64,000 nt of DNA from Spirochaetia bacterium. GTDB taxonomy: Bacteria; Spirochaetota; Spirochaetia; WTKD01; G963693115. The notes beneath the pieces are model-generated. The model searched no databases, was not told the origin of the DNA, and saw only the letters and a program-made list of their open reading frames with translations. The position numbers were made by a program, and so were the translations under genes. Below are positions 10,781 to 21,505 of this stretch, piece after piece (within the stretch, counting starts at the first letter, position 1; each line of letters begins with the position of its first letter). The DNA is taken from NCBI GenBank assembly GCA_965226055.1, contig CBDDCA010000002.1, positions 81,499-145,498 on the forward strand, read 5' to 3'.

Positions 10781-12265
10781 ATGATGAGTAAGATTAAATA
10801 TAAAGCATATACATTTGATGATGTTCTTCTGCTTCCATCATATAGCGATGTTGTTCCTTCCGAAATTTCCCTTAAAACACAGATAACAAGAAATATTTCC
10901 TTAGAAATTCCCTTAATATCTGCAGCTATGGACACAGTTACAGAAACTAAAATGGCAATCGCTCTTGCCGAACAAGGAGGAATTGGTATTATTCATAAAA
11001 ATAATACCATACAAGAACAATCTGCAATGGTGTCTGCAGTAAAAAAGTATATCTCAGGAGTAGTAAGAAACCCAGTTACTATACCATCGTATAAAAAAGT
11101 GTCAGATCTTATGGATACAATACAGAGGAATCATTTTACTGGTATGCCTGTTGTTGATGAGGGAGTACTAAAAGGCATTGTAACGAGCAGAGATATTCGT
11201 TATGCTCAAGATCTTTCAGTTTCTATCTCTTCAATTATGACAAAAAGAGAAAGGCTTATTACTGCTACAGAATCTACTTCTTTGGATGATATAAAGCATT
11301 TAATGTATAAACATAGATTGGAAAAAATTATACTTATTGATAACAATTCTCAGGATACTTTGTTAGGGCTGGTTACCATGAAAGATATTGAAAAATCTAT
11401 TTATTTTCCTTTTGCCACTAAAGATAAAGCAGGAAAATTAAGGGTAGGAGCTGCTCTTGGGACATCACCTGATACAGAGGAACGAGCGGAAGCCTTAGTT
11501 GAGGCAGGAGTTGATATTTTAGTAGTAGATAGTGCTCATGGACATTCAAAAGGAGTGTTGGAAACTGTTCAATATTTGCGTAATCGATTTAGTTCTGTAG
11601 ATATTATTGGAGGAAATGTTTCTACTCCTGAAGCTGCTATGGCGTTACAGAAAGTAGGGGTTGATGCTATAAAAATTGGTATGGGACCTGGCTCCATATG
11701 CTCAACAAGAATTATTGCAGGAATAGGAGTGCCTCAGATTACTGCTCTGCTTACTATTTATGAGAAAATGAAAGATTCAAATATTCCACTGATTGCTGAT
11801 GGAGGAATCCGTTATTCTGGGGATATTGCAAAAGCATTTGCAGCAGGAGCAGATACTGTGATGCTAGGAAGTATGTTTGCTGGCACAGAAGAATCTGCAG
11901 GAGAAATTGAAATATTTAATGGAAGAAATTTTAAGGTATATCGAGGTATGGGATCTTTAGGAGCTATGAATAAGCTAGGTGATAGAAATCGTTATTTTCA
12001 AGATAAAATTGTAAATGCTAAAACAGTACCCGAAGGAGTAGAAGGAAGAGTACCATATAAAGGGAACATTTCATCGGTTATACAACAGCTTGTAGGGGGA
12101 GTACGACAAAGTTTAGGGTATACAGGATGTAAGTCTATTTATGAAATGAAAGAAAAGGCTGAGTTTGTAGAAATAACAAATGCAGGCATGCGTGAAAGCC
12201 ATGTTCATGATATACAGATAACAAAGGAAGCACCAAACTATGTGCGTGATTCTTTTTGCTCATAA
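10781..12265 (+). CDS. guaB: IMP dehydrogenase
   Basis: TFDDVLLLP, SAAMDTVTE, CBS pair, GMGPGSICSTR, IADGGI, YRGMGS. Confidence 0.98.
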   Translation: MMSKIKYKAYTFDDVLLLPSYSDVVPSEISLKTQITRNISLEIPLISAAMDTVTETKMAIALAEQGGIGIIHKNNTIQEQSAMVSAVKKYISGVVRNPVTIPSYKKVSDLMDTIQRNHFTGMPVVDEGVLKGIVTSRDIRYAQDLSVSISSIMTKRERLITATESTSLDDIKHLMYKHRLEKIILIDNNSQDTLLGLVTMKDIEKSIYFPFATKDKAGKLRVGAALGTSPDTEERAEALVEAGVDILVVDSAHGHSKGVLETVQYLRNRFSSVDIIGGNVSTPEAAMALQKVGVDAIKIGMGPGSICSTRIIAGIGVPQITALLTIYEKMKDSNIPLIADGGIRYSGDIAKAFAAGADTVMLGSMFAGTEESAGEIEIFNGRNFKVYRGMGSLGAMNKLGDRNRYFQDKIVNAKTVPEGVEGRVPYKGNISSVIQQLVGGVRQSLGYTGCKSIYEMKEKAEFVEITNAGMRESHVHDIQITKEAPNYVRDSFCS

Positions 12266-12322
12266 TGAGTATAGTGATATTTCTATTTTCTATAATGTAT
12301 ATACTAAGATAGTATAAAGAGT

Positions 12323-13942
12323 ATGCAAACAAAACAGGATAGTATTCTTATTATTGATTTTGGTTCTCAATATACTCAGCTTATTGCAAGACGAGTGCGT
12401 GAACAAAATATATTCTCTATTGTTGTTCCTTATACATATACCAAAGAGCAGATACATTCGCTTGTTATCAAGGAACATATGGTGATAAGAGGGATTATTT
12501 TATCAGGAGGACCTGGCTCTGTTATTGAACATGATCATCCTACTATACCACAGTATGTATTTGAATACGAACTTCCACTGCTTGGTATTTGTTATGGTAT
12601 GCAAGCCTTAGTGTTACATGAGAATGGCACTGTCCAATCTTCTGTATCAACACAGTCGTCTCATACATCAAATGGAAACAATGGAGAATATGGAAAAACC
12701 GATATTTTCTTTGATACGAAAAGCGAGATTTTTTCAAGCATTGTTCAGAAACACAATCATGTTTCTAAATCGATTACTGTATGGATGAGTCATGGAGATA
12801 GCGTTGATACACTTCCTAGTGGGTATACTATACTAGCTCGTACAGAGAACGGTGTTATTGCAGCAATACATCATAAGACAAAAGCAATTCTTGCGTTACA
12901 GTTTCATCCCGAGCTTAGCCATACACAGTATGGTGAAACTATATTAGCGTATTTCTTGTTTGATATGTGTCATTGTTCAAAGACATGGAATATCGCAACA
13001 TTGATTGATGATTACATTACTGATATTCAACGCACAGTACAGGATAAGCAGGTGCTTTTAGCTATTTCTGGTGGAGTAGATTCTGCTGTACTAGCATTAT
13101 TACTCCATAAAGCATTGGGCAATAAACTGCATTGCTTTTTTGTTGATAACGGCTTGCTCCGCAAGAATGAAGCTCATATGGTACTACATACTCTTTCTGA
13201 TACTATGGGCTTGACTGTCAAAAAGATAGAAGCACAGCATCTGTTTTTACAAGCACTAGAACACAGTAGTGATCCAGAAGAAAAAAGAAAAATAATTGGG
13301 AGAATGTTTATACAGGTGTTTGAGCAAGAAGCGAAAAGTATTCCTTCTTTAGATTTTCTTGCACAAGGGACAATATATCCTGATTGTATAGAGTCTGCCC
13401 GTTCTCAAGCAAACACAGCACACGTAATAAAATCTCATCATAATGTAGGAGGGCTTCCAGAGAGACTTTCTCTACGATTGTTGGAGCCACTTAGTAATCT
13501 GTTTAAGGATGAAGTAAAAAAGCTAGGAAAAGCGTTAGGACTGGATGACAGTATTTTATACAGGCATCCTTTTCCTGGTCCAGGGTTAGCTGTACGAATT
13601 CTTGGAAAAATAGATGCACATAAAATTCAGAAATTGCAAGCTGCTGATTCTATTTTTATTGAGGAGCTTCATGCGTATAATTTATACCACTCAGTAAGTC
13701 AAGCATTTGCTGTATATATCCCCGTAAAAAGTGTCGGGGTAGTAGGAGACAGAAGATCGTATGAAGATATCATTGCATTGCGAGCAGTTGAGACAGTGGA
13801 TTTTATGTCAGCACGATGGGCTGCATTACCACAGAAATTTCTTGCTCATGTTTCTAATAAAATAGTAAATTCAGTACAGGGCATAAGCAGAGTGGTATAT
13901 GATATATCAGATAAACCACCAGCTACTATAGAATGGGAATAG
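12323..13942 (+). CDS. guaA: GMP synthase (glutamine-hydrolysing)
   Basis: DFGSQYTQLIARR, GICYGMQ, SGGVDS, IKSHHNVGG, KPPATIEWE. Confidence 0.98.
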   Translation: MQTKQDSILIIDFGSQYTQLIARRVREQNIFSIVVPYTYTKEQIHSLVIKEHMVIRGIILSGGPGSVIEHDHPTIPQYVFEYELPLLGICYGMQALVLHENGTVQSSVSTQSSHTSNGNNGEYGKTDIFFDTKSEIFSSIVQKHNHVSKSITVWMSHGDSVDTLPSGYTILARTENGVIAAIHHKTKAILALQFHPELSHTQYGETILAYFLFDMCHCSKTWNIATLIDDYITDIQRTVQDKQVLLAISGGVDSAVLALLLHKALGNKLHCFFVDNGLLRKNEAHMVLHTLSDTMGLTVKKIEAQHLFLQALEHSSDPEEKRKIIGRMFIQVFEQEAKSIPSLDFLAQGTIYPDCIESARSQANTAHVIKSHHNVGGLPERLSLRLLEPLSNLFKDEVKKLGKALGLDDSILYRHPFPGPGLAVRILGKIDAHKIQKLQAADSIFIEELHAYNLYHSVSQAFAVYIPVKSVGVVGDRRSYEDIIALRAVETVDFMSARWAALPQKFLAHVSNKIVNSVQGISRVVYDISDKPPATIEWE

Positions 13943-13944
13943 AG

Positions 13945-14991
13945 TTATTCAGCTTCAATAAAATCTGCAGGGATAAGATAATCTAAATTTGCATGACGAG
14001 GATCTTTTTTTTGGAGTGATGTTATTCTCTCTATACCAATGTTAGTAATATCTATATTGATAATTTTCCAGCTTTTTGCTTTTTTTTCTAAAAAAAATGT
14101 ATAATTTCGTATTTCTTTTCTTTGATTATCATATACTTTTGATACTAATGCTGCTACTGTTGCTTTTGTGCTTGTTCGTTGTACCTCATCAATAGAAAAG
14201 GCTGTATCTATGAGAAACATATAATCTTCTTGATATGATATATTTTTGATAAATGAAAGAAGTTCCTTGCGTTGCTGATGGTACGCAAGTGTATTGAATT
14301 GCCTTGTATCTTGTACTATATTGAGATAAAATGAATACAGGTCTACAGTACTAAAAAACTCATCCCAGTTGGTGTTTATAGCAGATTGCAATGCTTTTTT
14401 TACTGCATCTTCAGGATAATAGAATGTTTGTGATATTCTCCCTTCATTTGTATTCTCATTTCCAAATTCAGTTTGAGTAGTGTTTTCAAAGAATGTGGTA
14501 TCTTTTACTATTGAAATGAGTATCGGATCAGATGCTGCTTGTATGCTTTTATTATTGAAAGGATAAGGAAAAAAACGTACTGTAATGGTAAATGTTCCCG
14601 TAGAACGAAACTCTAGGTAATTATCAAGCATAATATCAAAAGAATATTTTTTTTCTTGGCTAAGGGATACTGTAGTATGTCCTGTATCTCCATTTGTATA
14701 AGGAGGGGTAGTATTGTTTAACTGTAAGTAATAAAATTGTGTACTAAAAGGGACAGGGAGTTTTAAGTTATCATATGCTTCCACTTTGATATTGTACATT
14801 CTATTATGTGCCATTTCTATATCTGATGGAAATGGTGAATGCAATGTTACTGTAATTTTTTTAGATTCATTTTCTAAGAATACTACTTTTTCAGGCTCTA
14901 TTTGTATGGATATATTATTTGTGTTTTGTTGAGAATGCACGACTATAGGGAATAATATTACAAAAAATAGCATGAGAATAGTATATTTCAT
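13945..14991 (-). CDS. Exported hypothetical protein
   Basis: 348-aa ORF with an N-terminal signal-peptide-like segment; no family recognised. Confidence 0.75.
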   Translation of the reverse strand: MKYTILMLFFVILFPIVVHSQQNTNNISIQIEPEKVVFLENESKKITVTLHSPFPSDIEMAHNRMYNIKVEAYDNLKLPVPFSTQFYYLQLNNTTPPYTNGDTGHTTVSLSQEKKYSFDIMLDNYLEFRSTGTFTITVRFFPYPFNNKSIQAASDPILISIVKDTTFFENTTQTEFGNENTNEGRISQTFYYPEDAVKKALQSAINTNWDEFFSTVDLYSFYLNIVQDTRQFNTLAYHQQRKELLSFIKNISYQEDYMFLIDTAFSIDEVQRTSTKATVAALVSKVYDNQRKEIRNYTFFLEKKAKSWKIINIDITNIGIERITSLQKKDPRHANLDYLIPADFIEAE

Positions 14992-15069
14992 ACAGTTATA
15001 TATATCGGTATATTTATGTCGTAGCTTAAGATAAGCTTAAAAAATATCTTTGTATTACAATAAAGTTAG

Positions 15070-18000
15070 ATGGACTTTTCTCACTTTATAGCAGAACTCA
15101 ATAAGCAAGCACAAGAGACACTTGAACATATTAGGCAGGCTTTTCCTTCTTTTACAAAAGAAGAGAAAAGTATTACTCTGCACAGTGCTCATAGTAGTTA
15201 TTTTTCTTATTGGCTACAACAAGCACAGCAGTTTTTTAATAAGAATATGCTTATAGTAACACCTACCGATGAACAAGCATATTTAATGGCACAAGACTTT
15301 CATCTGTTTGGAAAAGAGGTGTCTGTTTTACCGTCATGGAAAGGAGCTATAGGCAGTGGCATAGCTCAGTACTCCTCAATTTGGGCAGAACGTGCAACAA
15401 GCTTGCATGCTATTGCTCATAATAATCCATCTATAGTACTATGCAGTGTACGATCTTTTTTCCAAATGCTCCCTTCAAAAGAAAATATAAAGAGCATGTC
15501 GCTTTTTGTACAAAAGGAGCAATCTTTAGATAGTACTGAACTTATTGATACATTGAATGCATGGGGATATACAAGAGTTTCGCAAGTTGAAAGTTTTGGG
15601 GAGTTTGCGGTGCGAGGAGAAGTGATAGATATTTGTAGTGACATGTATAACAAAAAAGGGGTAGGTATTCGTATAAACATAGCATATGATGTTGTAGAGC
15701 AAATTCGAGAATTTTCACTGAATAGTCAGTTAAGCACTCATAGCAAAACGAGTATTCATCTGCACCCTCAAAGGGAGTTTTCGTGGCAACGCGATATGCC
15801 ACATATACAACAAGATGAAAATGTAAATATGTACAAGCAATGCATAAAACAGGCGTTTCCAGAGATAAACACAAAGTCGCTTATTACGCTTGTGGAAAAG
15901 ATTGAAACTACAGGATATGAAGATAGGCAGTATCTCTATTATCCTTTTTTGCAAGGTACTTATTCGCACATCACTCAATATTTTGAAGAAACTCCATTGG
16001 TGGTATACACACAGTATGAAATGTACCAGAGAGAACAACAACGGTTTTGGGACGAGCTTGAACAAGCGTTTCTTTCTTTTGGGCGTGTCTATCCTATTCC
16101 ACGTGCTTCACGTTTGCGTTCTCTCTTAGATGATGTATGTACTATAGATAGCTCAATTATGGTGTACGCCACAGCAAAGCAAAAAGATAGCATACGTATT
16201 GCAGATGCACCAAATAAGCATTTTGCTTCAAACATGACATATTTTATAAAGCATTGTCAAAAAATGTGTAATAAAGATACAAATAAAGTGTTTGTGTGTG
16301 CCGAAAACGAAGATAGATTAAAGCAGTTGGGTTATTTATGCACAGAAAAACTCACTAATTTAGAAAACTTCTCAATCATCTGTGCAGATTTTTCTCATGG
16401 ATTTTCTCTTACTCATACTACTACAGAACATGAGCTGCAAGTATTTACTGAAATTGATATTTTTGGAAGACGGATGGTAAATGTTGATTCTCAGGCAACT
16501 CAAGCAATTTTCTCTATGGATCAAATGCAGGTGGGTGAGTATGTAGTGCATATTCTCTATGGCATAGGTGCATTTAATGGGATAGTGCGCCGTACTATTA
16601 GGGGAATAGAGCGAGATTATATACATCTTGAATATGCAAAAAAAGAAAAATTGTTTGTTCCGATAGAACAGATGAATATGGTGCAACGGTATATTGGGCA
16701 AAATGCTGAGCAAGTACAGCTTGATAGTCTGGGTTCGGATAGCTGGCAAAAGAGAAAGAAAGCAGTACAAAAGAAAATCGAAGATATGTCTCATGAGCTG
16801 TTAGAGTTATATGCAAAGCGCAGTAGTTCACAGGGAATAGGATTTTCAAAGATTGATTGGGAGGAACAATTTTTACAAGATTTTGTACACGAAGATACAA
16901 AAGATCAAGCGAGTGCATGGGAAGAAATTAAAGAGGATATGCAAAAATCTGTGCCTATGGATAGATTGCTTGTAGGGGATGTAGGGTTTGGTAAAACAGA
17001 AATTGCTTTTCGTGCAGCGTTTAGAGCAATAAGCAATGGCATGCAAGTAGTCATGTTAGTGCCAACAACGATTTTAGCAGAACAGCATTACGAAACAGCC
17101 TTAGAGCGCTTTAAGAATTTTCCTGTAACAATAGAAATGCTTTCTCGTTTTGTCTCTAAACAAAAGCAACAGCAAGTGATACAGAAAGTAAAAAATGCTG
17201 ATATTGAATTTCTTATTGGAACGCATAGAGTGATACAGAAAGACATAGTGTTTGCAAAATTAGGCTTAGTGATTGTGGATGAGGAGCATCGCTTTGGTGT
17301 GAAAGATAAAGAGCGTATTAAACAACTAAAGTACAATGTAGACTGTTTAAGTATGAGTGCCACTCCCATTCCTCGTACTCTCTATCAGTCGCTTGTGCAA
17401 CTAAGAGATTTGTCTTCATTACATGTAGCTCCAAAACTAAGAAAGCCAATTCAAACTCACATAGAAAAATTTAATGAAGACACAATAAAACAAGCTATTT
17501 ATAAGGAGCTTGAAAGGGATGGGCAAGTGTTTGTGCTTCATAATAGAGTAAAAACACTTGATAAAATGAAGCTGTTACTTGAAAGGCTTGTGCCTGAAGC
17601 AACGGTGCTGACTGCAAGCGGACAGATGAACCCTCTTGCCTTAGAAGAAACAATGTATCAGTTTACGCATGGGGCAGCCAATATACTGGTATCAACTACT
17701 ATCATTGAAAATGGTATTGATATACCACGAGTGAATACAATTATTATTGATAGGGCAGATTTTTATGGAATTTCTCAGCTGTATCAGCTAAGAGGAAGAG
17801 TGGGGCGTAGCGACAGACAATCGTATGCGTATCTGTTATATCCCGATGATCTCACTCTGTCAGATCTTGCTCTAAAACGCTTAACTGTGATAAGTGATAA
17901 CACAGAGCTAGGCTCAGGCTTCAATATTGCCATGAGAGATTTAGAGGTGCGAGGAGCTGGTAATCTTTTAGGGAAAGAACAGAGTGGGAGTATCCATGCT

Positions 18001-18501
18001 ATTGGGTATGAGTATTACATGCAGTTGCTTGATAAAACTATGAAAAAGATGAAGCATCAGGATAGCGAAGAAGAAATTGAACCAGTGCTGGAAATAGAAT
18101 TTGGAGGCTTTATCCCCGATACCTATATCGCTGAACCCTCGCTAAAAATGTCTTTGTATAAGCAAATTATAAGTACCAATACGATAGAAGAGCATCAGCA
18201 GTTACTGTCTGATATTATCGATAAATATGGAGCTATCCCCCTTGAAATGCAAGGATTACTTTCTTTGTCAACATTACGTATTATATGTAAAAAACTTAAA
18301 ATTACTCAGTTGCGTGAACGTTCTCACAACATTGAGTTACATTTTCAAAAATTATCCCTGCTTCCTGCTGCTAAAATACAACAGTATGTGCAAGATAAAA
18401 AAATGAAAATACATCCTACGCTTCCTAATGTATTGTTGCTCCCTTGCGATGGATTAACGAAAGAGCAAATATATCAGCATATATGTAGCTATTTTTTATA
18501 G
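15070..18501 (+). CDS. mfd: Transcription-repair coupling factor
   Basis: GEFAVRGEVID, CarD/TRCF-like domain, GDVGFGKTE, DEEHRFGV, SATPIPRTL, QLRGRVGRS, C-terminal TRCF domain. Confidence 0.97.
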   Translation: MDFSHFIAELNKQAQETLEHIRQAFPSFTKEEKSITLHSAHSSYFSYWLQQAQQFFNKNMLIVTPTDEQAYLMAQDFHLFGKEVSVLPSWKGAIGSGIAQYSSIWAERATSLHAIAHNNPSIVLCSVRSFFQMLPSKENIKSMSLFVQKEQSLDSTELIDTLNAWGYTRVSQVESFGEFAVRGEVIDICSDMYNKKGVGIRINIAYDVVEQIREFSLNSQLSTHSKTSIHLHPQREFSWQRDMPHIQQDENVNMYKQCIKQAFPEINTKSLITLVEKIETTGYEDRQYLYYPFLQGTYSHITQYFEETPLVVYTQYEMYQREQQRFWDELEQAFLSFGRVYPIPRASRLRSLLDDVCTIDSSIMVYATAKQKDSIRIADAPNKHFASNMTYFIKHCQKMCNKDTNKVFVCAENEDRLKQLGYLCTEKLTNLENFSIICADFSHGFSLTHTTTEHELQVFTEIDIFGRRMVNVDSQATQAIFSMDQMQVGEYVVHILYGIGAFNGIVRRTIRGIERDYIHLEYAKKEKLFVPIEQMNMVQRYIGQNAEQVQLDSLGSDSWQKRKKAVQKKIEDMSHELLELYAKRSSSQGIGFSKIDWEEQFLQDFVHEDTKDQASAWEEIKEDMQKSVPMDRLLVGDVGFGKTEIAFRAAFRAISNGMQVVMLVPTTILAEQHYETALERFKNFPVTIEMLSRFVSKQKQQQVIQKVKNADIEFLIGTHRVIQKDIVFAKLGLVIVDEEHRFGVKDKERIKQLKYNVDCLSMSATPIPRTLYQSLVQLRDLSSLHVAPKLRKPIQTHIEKFNEDTIKQAIYKELERDGQVFVLHNRVKTLDKMKLLLERLVPEATVLTASGQMNPLALEETMYQFTHGAANILVSTTIIENGIDIPRVNTIIIDRADFYGISQLYQLRGRVGRSDRQSYAYLLYPDDLTLSDLALKRLTVISDNTELGSGFNIAMRDLEVRGAGNLLGKEQSGSIHAIGYEYYMQLLDKTMKKMKHQDSEEEIEPVLEIEFGGFIPDTYIAEPSLKMSLYKQIISTNTIEEHQQLLSDIIDKYGAIPLEMQGLLSLSTLRIICKKLKITQLRERSHNIELHFQKLSLLPAAKIQQYVQDKKMKIHPTLPNVLLLPCDGLTKEQIYQHICSYFL

Positions 18502-18531
18502 AATACAAAAACCTATATAATAGGAAAAAGA

Positions 18532-19326
18532 ATGCGAAAGAATATCCCTGAGAGCTACAGCTATGTGTATCCTGCTCTTTCTGAAAGAAAAGAATTATCT
18601 CACTATGCAATACAATCAAATAAAACCTATGCAGTACGTGCAAGCCGAACAACAGATGCACAGAAAAAAGCATACAATAGAGGAATGCAAGAATATGGCA
18701 TGTCCTCGCCATTTCTTGAAGCTGACAGTTTACAGAAAAAAATTAGCATGCGAAAGAAACAGTCTTACACAACATGTGTTCTTGACATTGGCTTTGGGAA
18801 TGGGAGTACACTCTACAATGCAAGCACTACTTTTTTGGATACCTTGTTTATCGGTATTGAAGTATATGCTGCAGGCATAGGAGCTTTATTAAAAGAGGTA
18901 TTGACGCATAATGTAGAAAATATTCTTATATATCATGATGACGCTGTTAAAGTATTATATAACGAAGTGGAAAATGAAAGTATTGATGCTATACATGTAT
19001 TCTTTCCTGATCCTTGGCATAAAACAAAGCACAATAAACGAAGAATGGTAAACAAGCAGTTTATGTTGCTTGTATATCAGTTATTACTTCCTTGTAATGG
19101 AATATTTTGGTTTATAAGTGATAATCCAGAGTATGTACAAGAAGTGCGTACGATAGCACACTCTATTAACACAGCATATGCGCAAACACATGGAATACAG
19201 TGGACTATGCTTGATTATGATGCAAACAAGGAGAGGCTTTACAGTGGGGAAGAACAAACTAAATTTGAACAAAGAGCCCACAGGCTAGGCAATCCAGTAC
19301 AATCTCTTGTGTTGCAAAGAGCATAA
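18532..19326 (+). CDS. trmB: tRNA (guanine-N7)-methyltransferase
   Basis: LDIGFGNG, FIGIEV, FFPDPWHKTKHNKRR, TKFEQR. Confidence 0.93.
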   Translation: MRKNIPESYSYVYPALSERKELSHYAIQSNKTYAVRASRTTDAQKKAYNRGMQEYGMSSPFLEADSLQKKISMRKKQSYTTCVLDIGFGNGSTLYNASTTFLDTLFIGIEVYAAGIGALLKEVLTHNVENILIYHDDAVKVLYNEVENESIDAIHVFFPDPWHKTKHNKRRMVNKQFMLLVYQLLLPCNGIFWFISDNPEYVQEVRTIAHSINTAYAQTHGIQWTMLDYDANKERLYSGEEQTKFEQRAHRLGNPVQSLVLQRA

Positions 19327-19374
19327 TAAAGATGTATAATAAAGATATATGGTAGAGTATAGCAAACTGTGTTG

Positions 19375-21405
19375 CTACTTCTCTTTCTGTGCATACCGTA
19401 AAAATTCCATGCTATATCTCCCTCTTCCTTCTGTGCTATTTCTTAGTACTGTTGAAAAGCCAAACAATGTACTAAGAGCAGACTCTGCATGAATAATACT
19501 TATGTTTCCCTTTGTGTCAACATTGTGAATAATGCTATTTCGTACATTTAGAGGTTGCATTGCATCTCCTACAAAATCAGTAGGAACAGTAATAATTACT
19601 TTCATAATAGGTTCCATACATACTACGGTAGCTTTGTGAGCAATAGTATAAAAAGCCTGTGCAGCAGAATAACGAAGTGACATTTCGGCTATACTTTCAT
19701 TTCCTTCATAGGATATATCAAGAATATGTACATGGGTGTTTACCATAGGATACCCAAAAGCCACACCGCTTTTCATTGAATCTTCAATGCTGTTTTCGAC
19801 ATATCGTAGCCAAATATCAGCAACAGAGCTGGATACTGCATTACTTATGATATTGCCCTCTTGTTCTGCTGCTCCTACTTGGAGTTCTATGCTTAGCTTA
19901 ATGGCAAGATCGGTTTGTCCGGGAATATGATCTAGTGTATACACTTCACTGTATTGAGAAGTAACCGCTTCTTTATAATTGACAGTGGGATGTCCCTGAC
20001 GAACAGGGAGTTTATAATCATTTTGTATTTTTGTGGCTAATACTTCTAAATGGAGTTCTCCCATGCCAGAAATAAGTATTTGTCCCGTATTTTCATCTTC
20101 TTTATGATGAAAACTTGGATCTTCAATCTCTAATTTTTGTAACACTTCTAATAGTTGTTCTCTATCTGAGAGAGTTTGAACTTCAAGCGTGGTAGAAATG
20201 ACAGGGGCTATGTTCTGAATGCCTTCTAGCATATATGCATCATGAGTAGAGTCGCTAAAGCTCTGTCCTGTAATAAACGATTTAGGGCCAATAAGCACTG
20301 CAATTTCTCCTGCATGTAACTCTTCGCATTGTGTTGATTTATTGGCATGCATCTTTAAGATACGCAAGACACGTTCTTTTTTTTGTGTATTAGTATTGAT
20401 GACAGTGCTTCCTTTCTTAAGTGTCCCTTTGTATATGCGAACATAATGCATAAGCCCATAATCTTTGTCGACAACAGACTTAAACACAAAGCCAAGAAGG
20501 GCATTTTTATGCTCTTGCAACGATTTGGTAACATTTCCGCTGGGAGACATTGCATGTAAAAGAGGGGGCGGTGTCTCTTGTGGATAAGGCAAGTACTGGA
20601 CAACAGCATCAAGGAGCGGTTGAACACCAATATTTTGCAAGCTGGAACCACAAAGCACTGGTAGCAGAGCATGCTCTTGCACTGCTTTGCGTAAGGTTTG
20701 AGTTAACTCTTGTTTGCTAATAGCCTCCTCGTTAAGAAATTTTTCGGTAAGCACATCCGAGTATTCTATAATTTTCTCTCTTAAGTGATTGTGCCATGTT
20801 TCTGCTTGTTCTTTATAGCTGTCTCTAATATCTTGTGTGGTATAGATGACTCCGTCACTGTTTTTTTTCCAGAGTATTTCTTTCATCTCCAGTAAGTCTA
20901 TAATGCCCTCAAAATCCTTTTCGCTCCCAATAGGAATGTATAAAGGAAGAGCCTCACTGCTGAGTTTCTCTTGAATATCCTTAAGGACTGCGTAAAAATC
21001 TGCCCCAAGCCTGTCTATTTTATTGATATATGCAATTCGTGCTACATGGTAATGTTCTGCCTGATGCCATACCGTTTCTGATTGTGGCTCAACTCCCGAG
21101 ACAGCACAAAATATGCCAATAGCTCCATCAAGCACACGAAGTGAACGCTCTACCTCAATAGTAAAGTCTACATGACCAGGAGTATCAATAATATTGATAC
21201 TATGCTCGTGCCAATCAATAGTAGTACATGCAGAACTGATGGTAATACCACGATTCTGCTCCTGCTCCATCCAGTCCATCTGAGCCGTCCCCGTATCGAC
21301 CTCGCCAATTTTATGCGTCTTTCCTGCAAAAAATAACATGCGTTCGGTAGTGGTAGTCTTTCCCGCATCAATATGAGCAATAATGCCAATGTTGTGAATA
21401 TTCAT
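19375..21405 (-). CDS. fusA: Elongation factor G paralogue (EF-G2-like, outside the str operon)
   Basis: AHIDAGKTTTTER, RGITI, DTPGHVDF, NKID, GMGELHLE; divergent domains IV-V; no rpsL/rpsG/tuf neighbours. Confidence 0.9.
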   Translation of the reverse strand: MNIHNIGIIAHIDAGKTTTTERMLFFAGKTHKIGEVDTGTAQMDWMEQEQNRGITISSACTTIDWHEHSINIIDTPGHVDFTIEVERSLRVLDGAIGIFCAVSGVEPQSETVWHQAEHYHVARIAYINKIDRLGADFYAVLKDIQEKLSSEALPLYIPIGSEKDFEGIIDLLEMKEILWKKNSDGVIYTTQDIRDSYKEQAETWHNHLREKIIEYSDVLTEKFLNEEAISKQELTQTLRKAVQEHALLPVLCGSSLQNIGVQPLLDAVVQYLPYPQETPPPLLHAMSPSGNVTKSLQEHKNALLGFVFKSVVDKDYGLMHYVRIYKGTLKKGSTVINTNTQKKERVLRILKMHANKSTQCEELHAGEIAVLIGPKSFITGQSFSDSTHDAYMLEGIQNIAPVISTTLEVQTLSDREQLLEVLQKLEIEDPSFHHKEDENTGQILISGMGELHLEVLATKIQNDYKLPVRQGHPTVNYKEAVTSQYSEVYTLDHIPGQTDLAIKLSIELQVGAAEQEGNIISNAVSSSVADIWLRYVENSIEDSMKSGVAFGYPMVNTHVHILDISYEGNESIAEMSLRYSAAQAFYTIAHKATVVCMEPIMKVIITVPTDFVGDAMQPLNVRNSIIHNVDTKGNISIIHAESALSTLFGFSTVLRNSTEGRGRYSMEFLRYAQKEK

Positions 21406-21505
21406 ATATTATAAGTGTAGTATAATACCAGTTTGGAGTGTTGGGGGGAGGCTTTTGTTATTAAATGATTGTGTAAATAATTTAATAATGTGGTATAATG
21501 AGAAT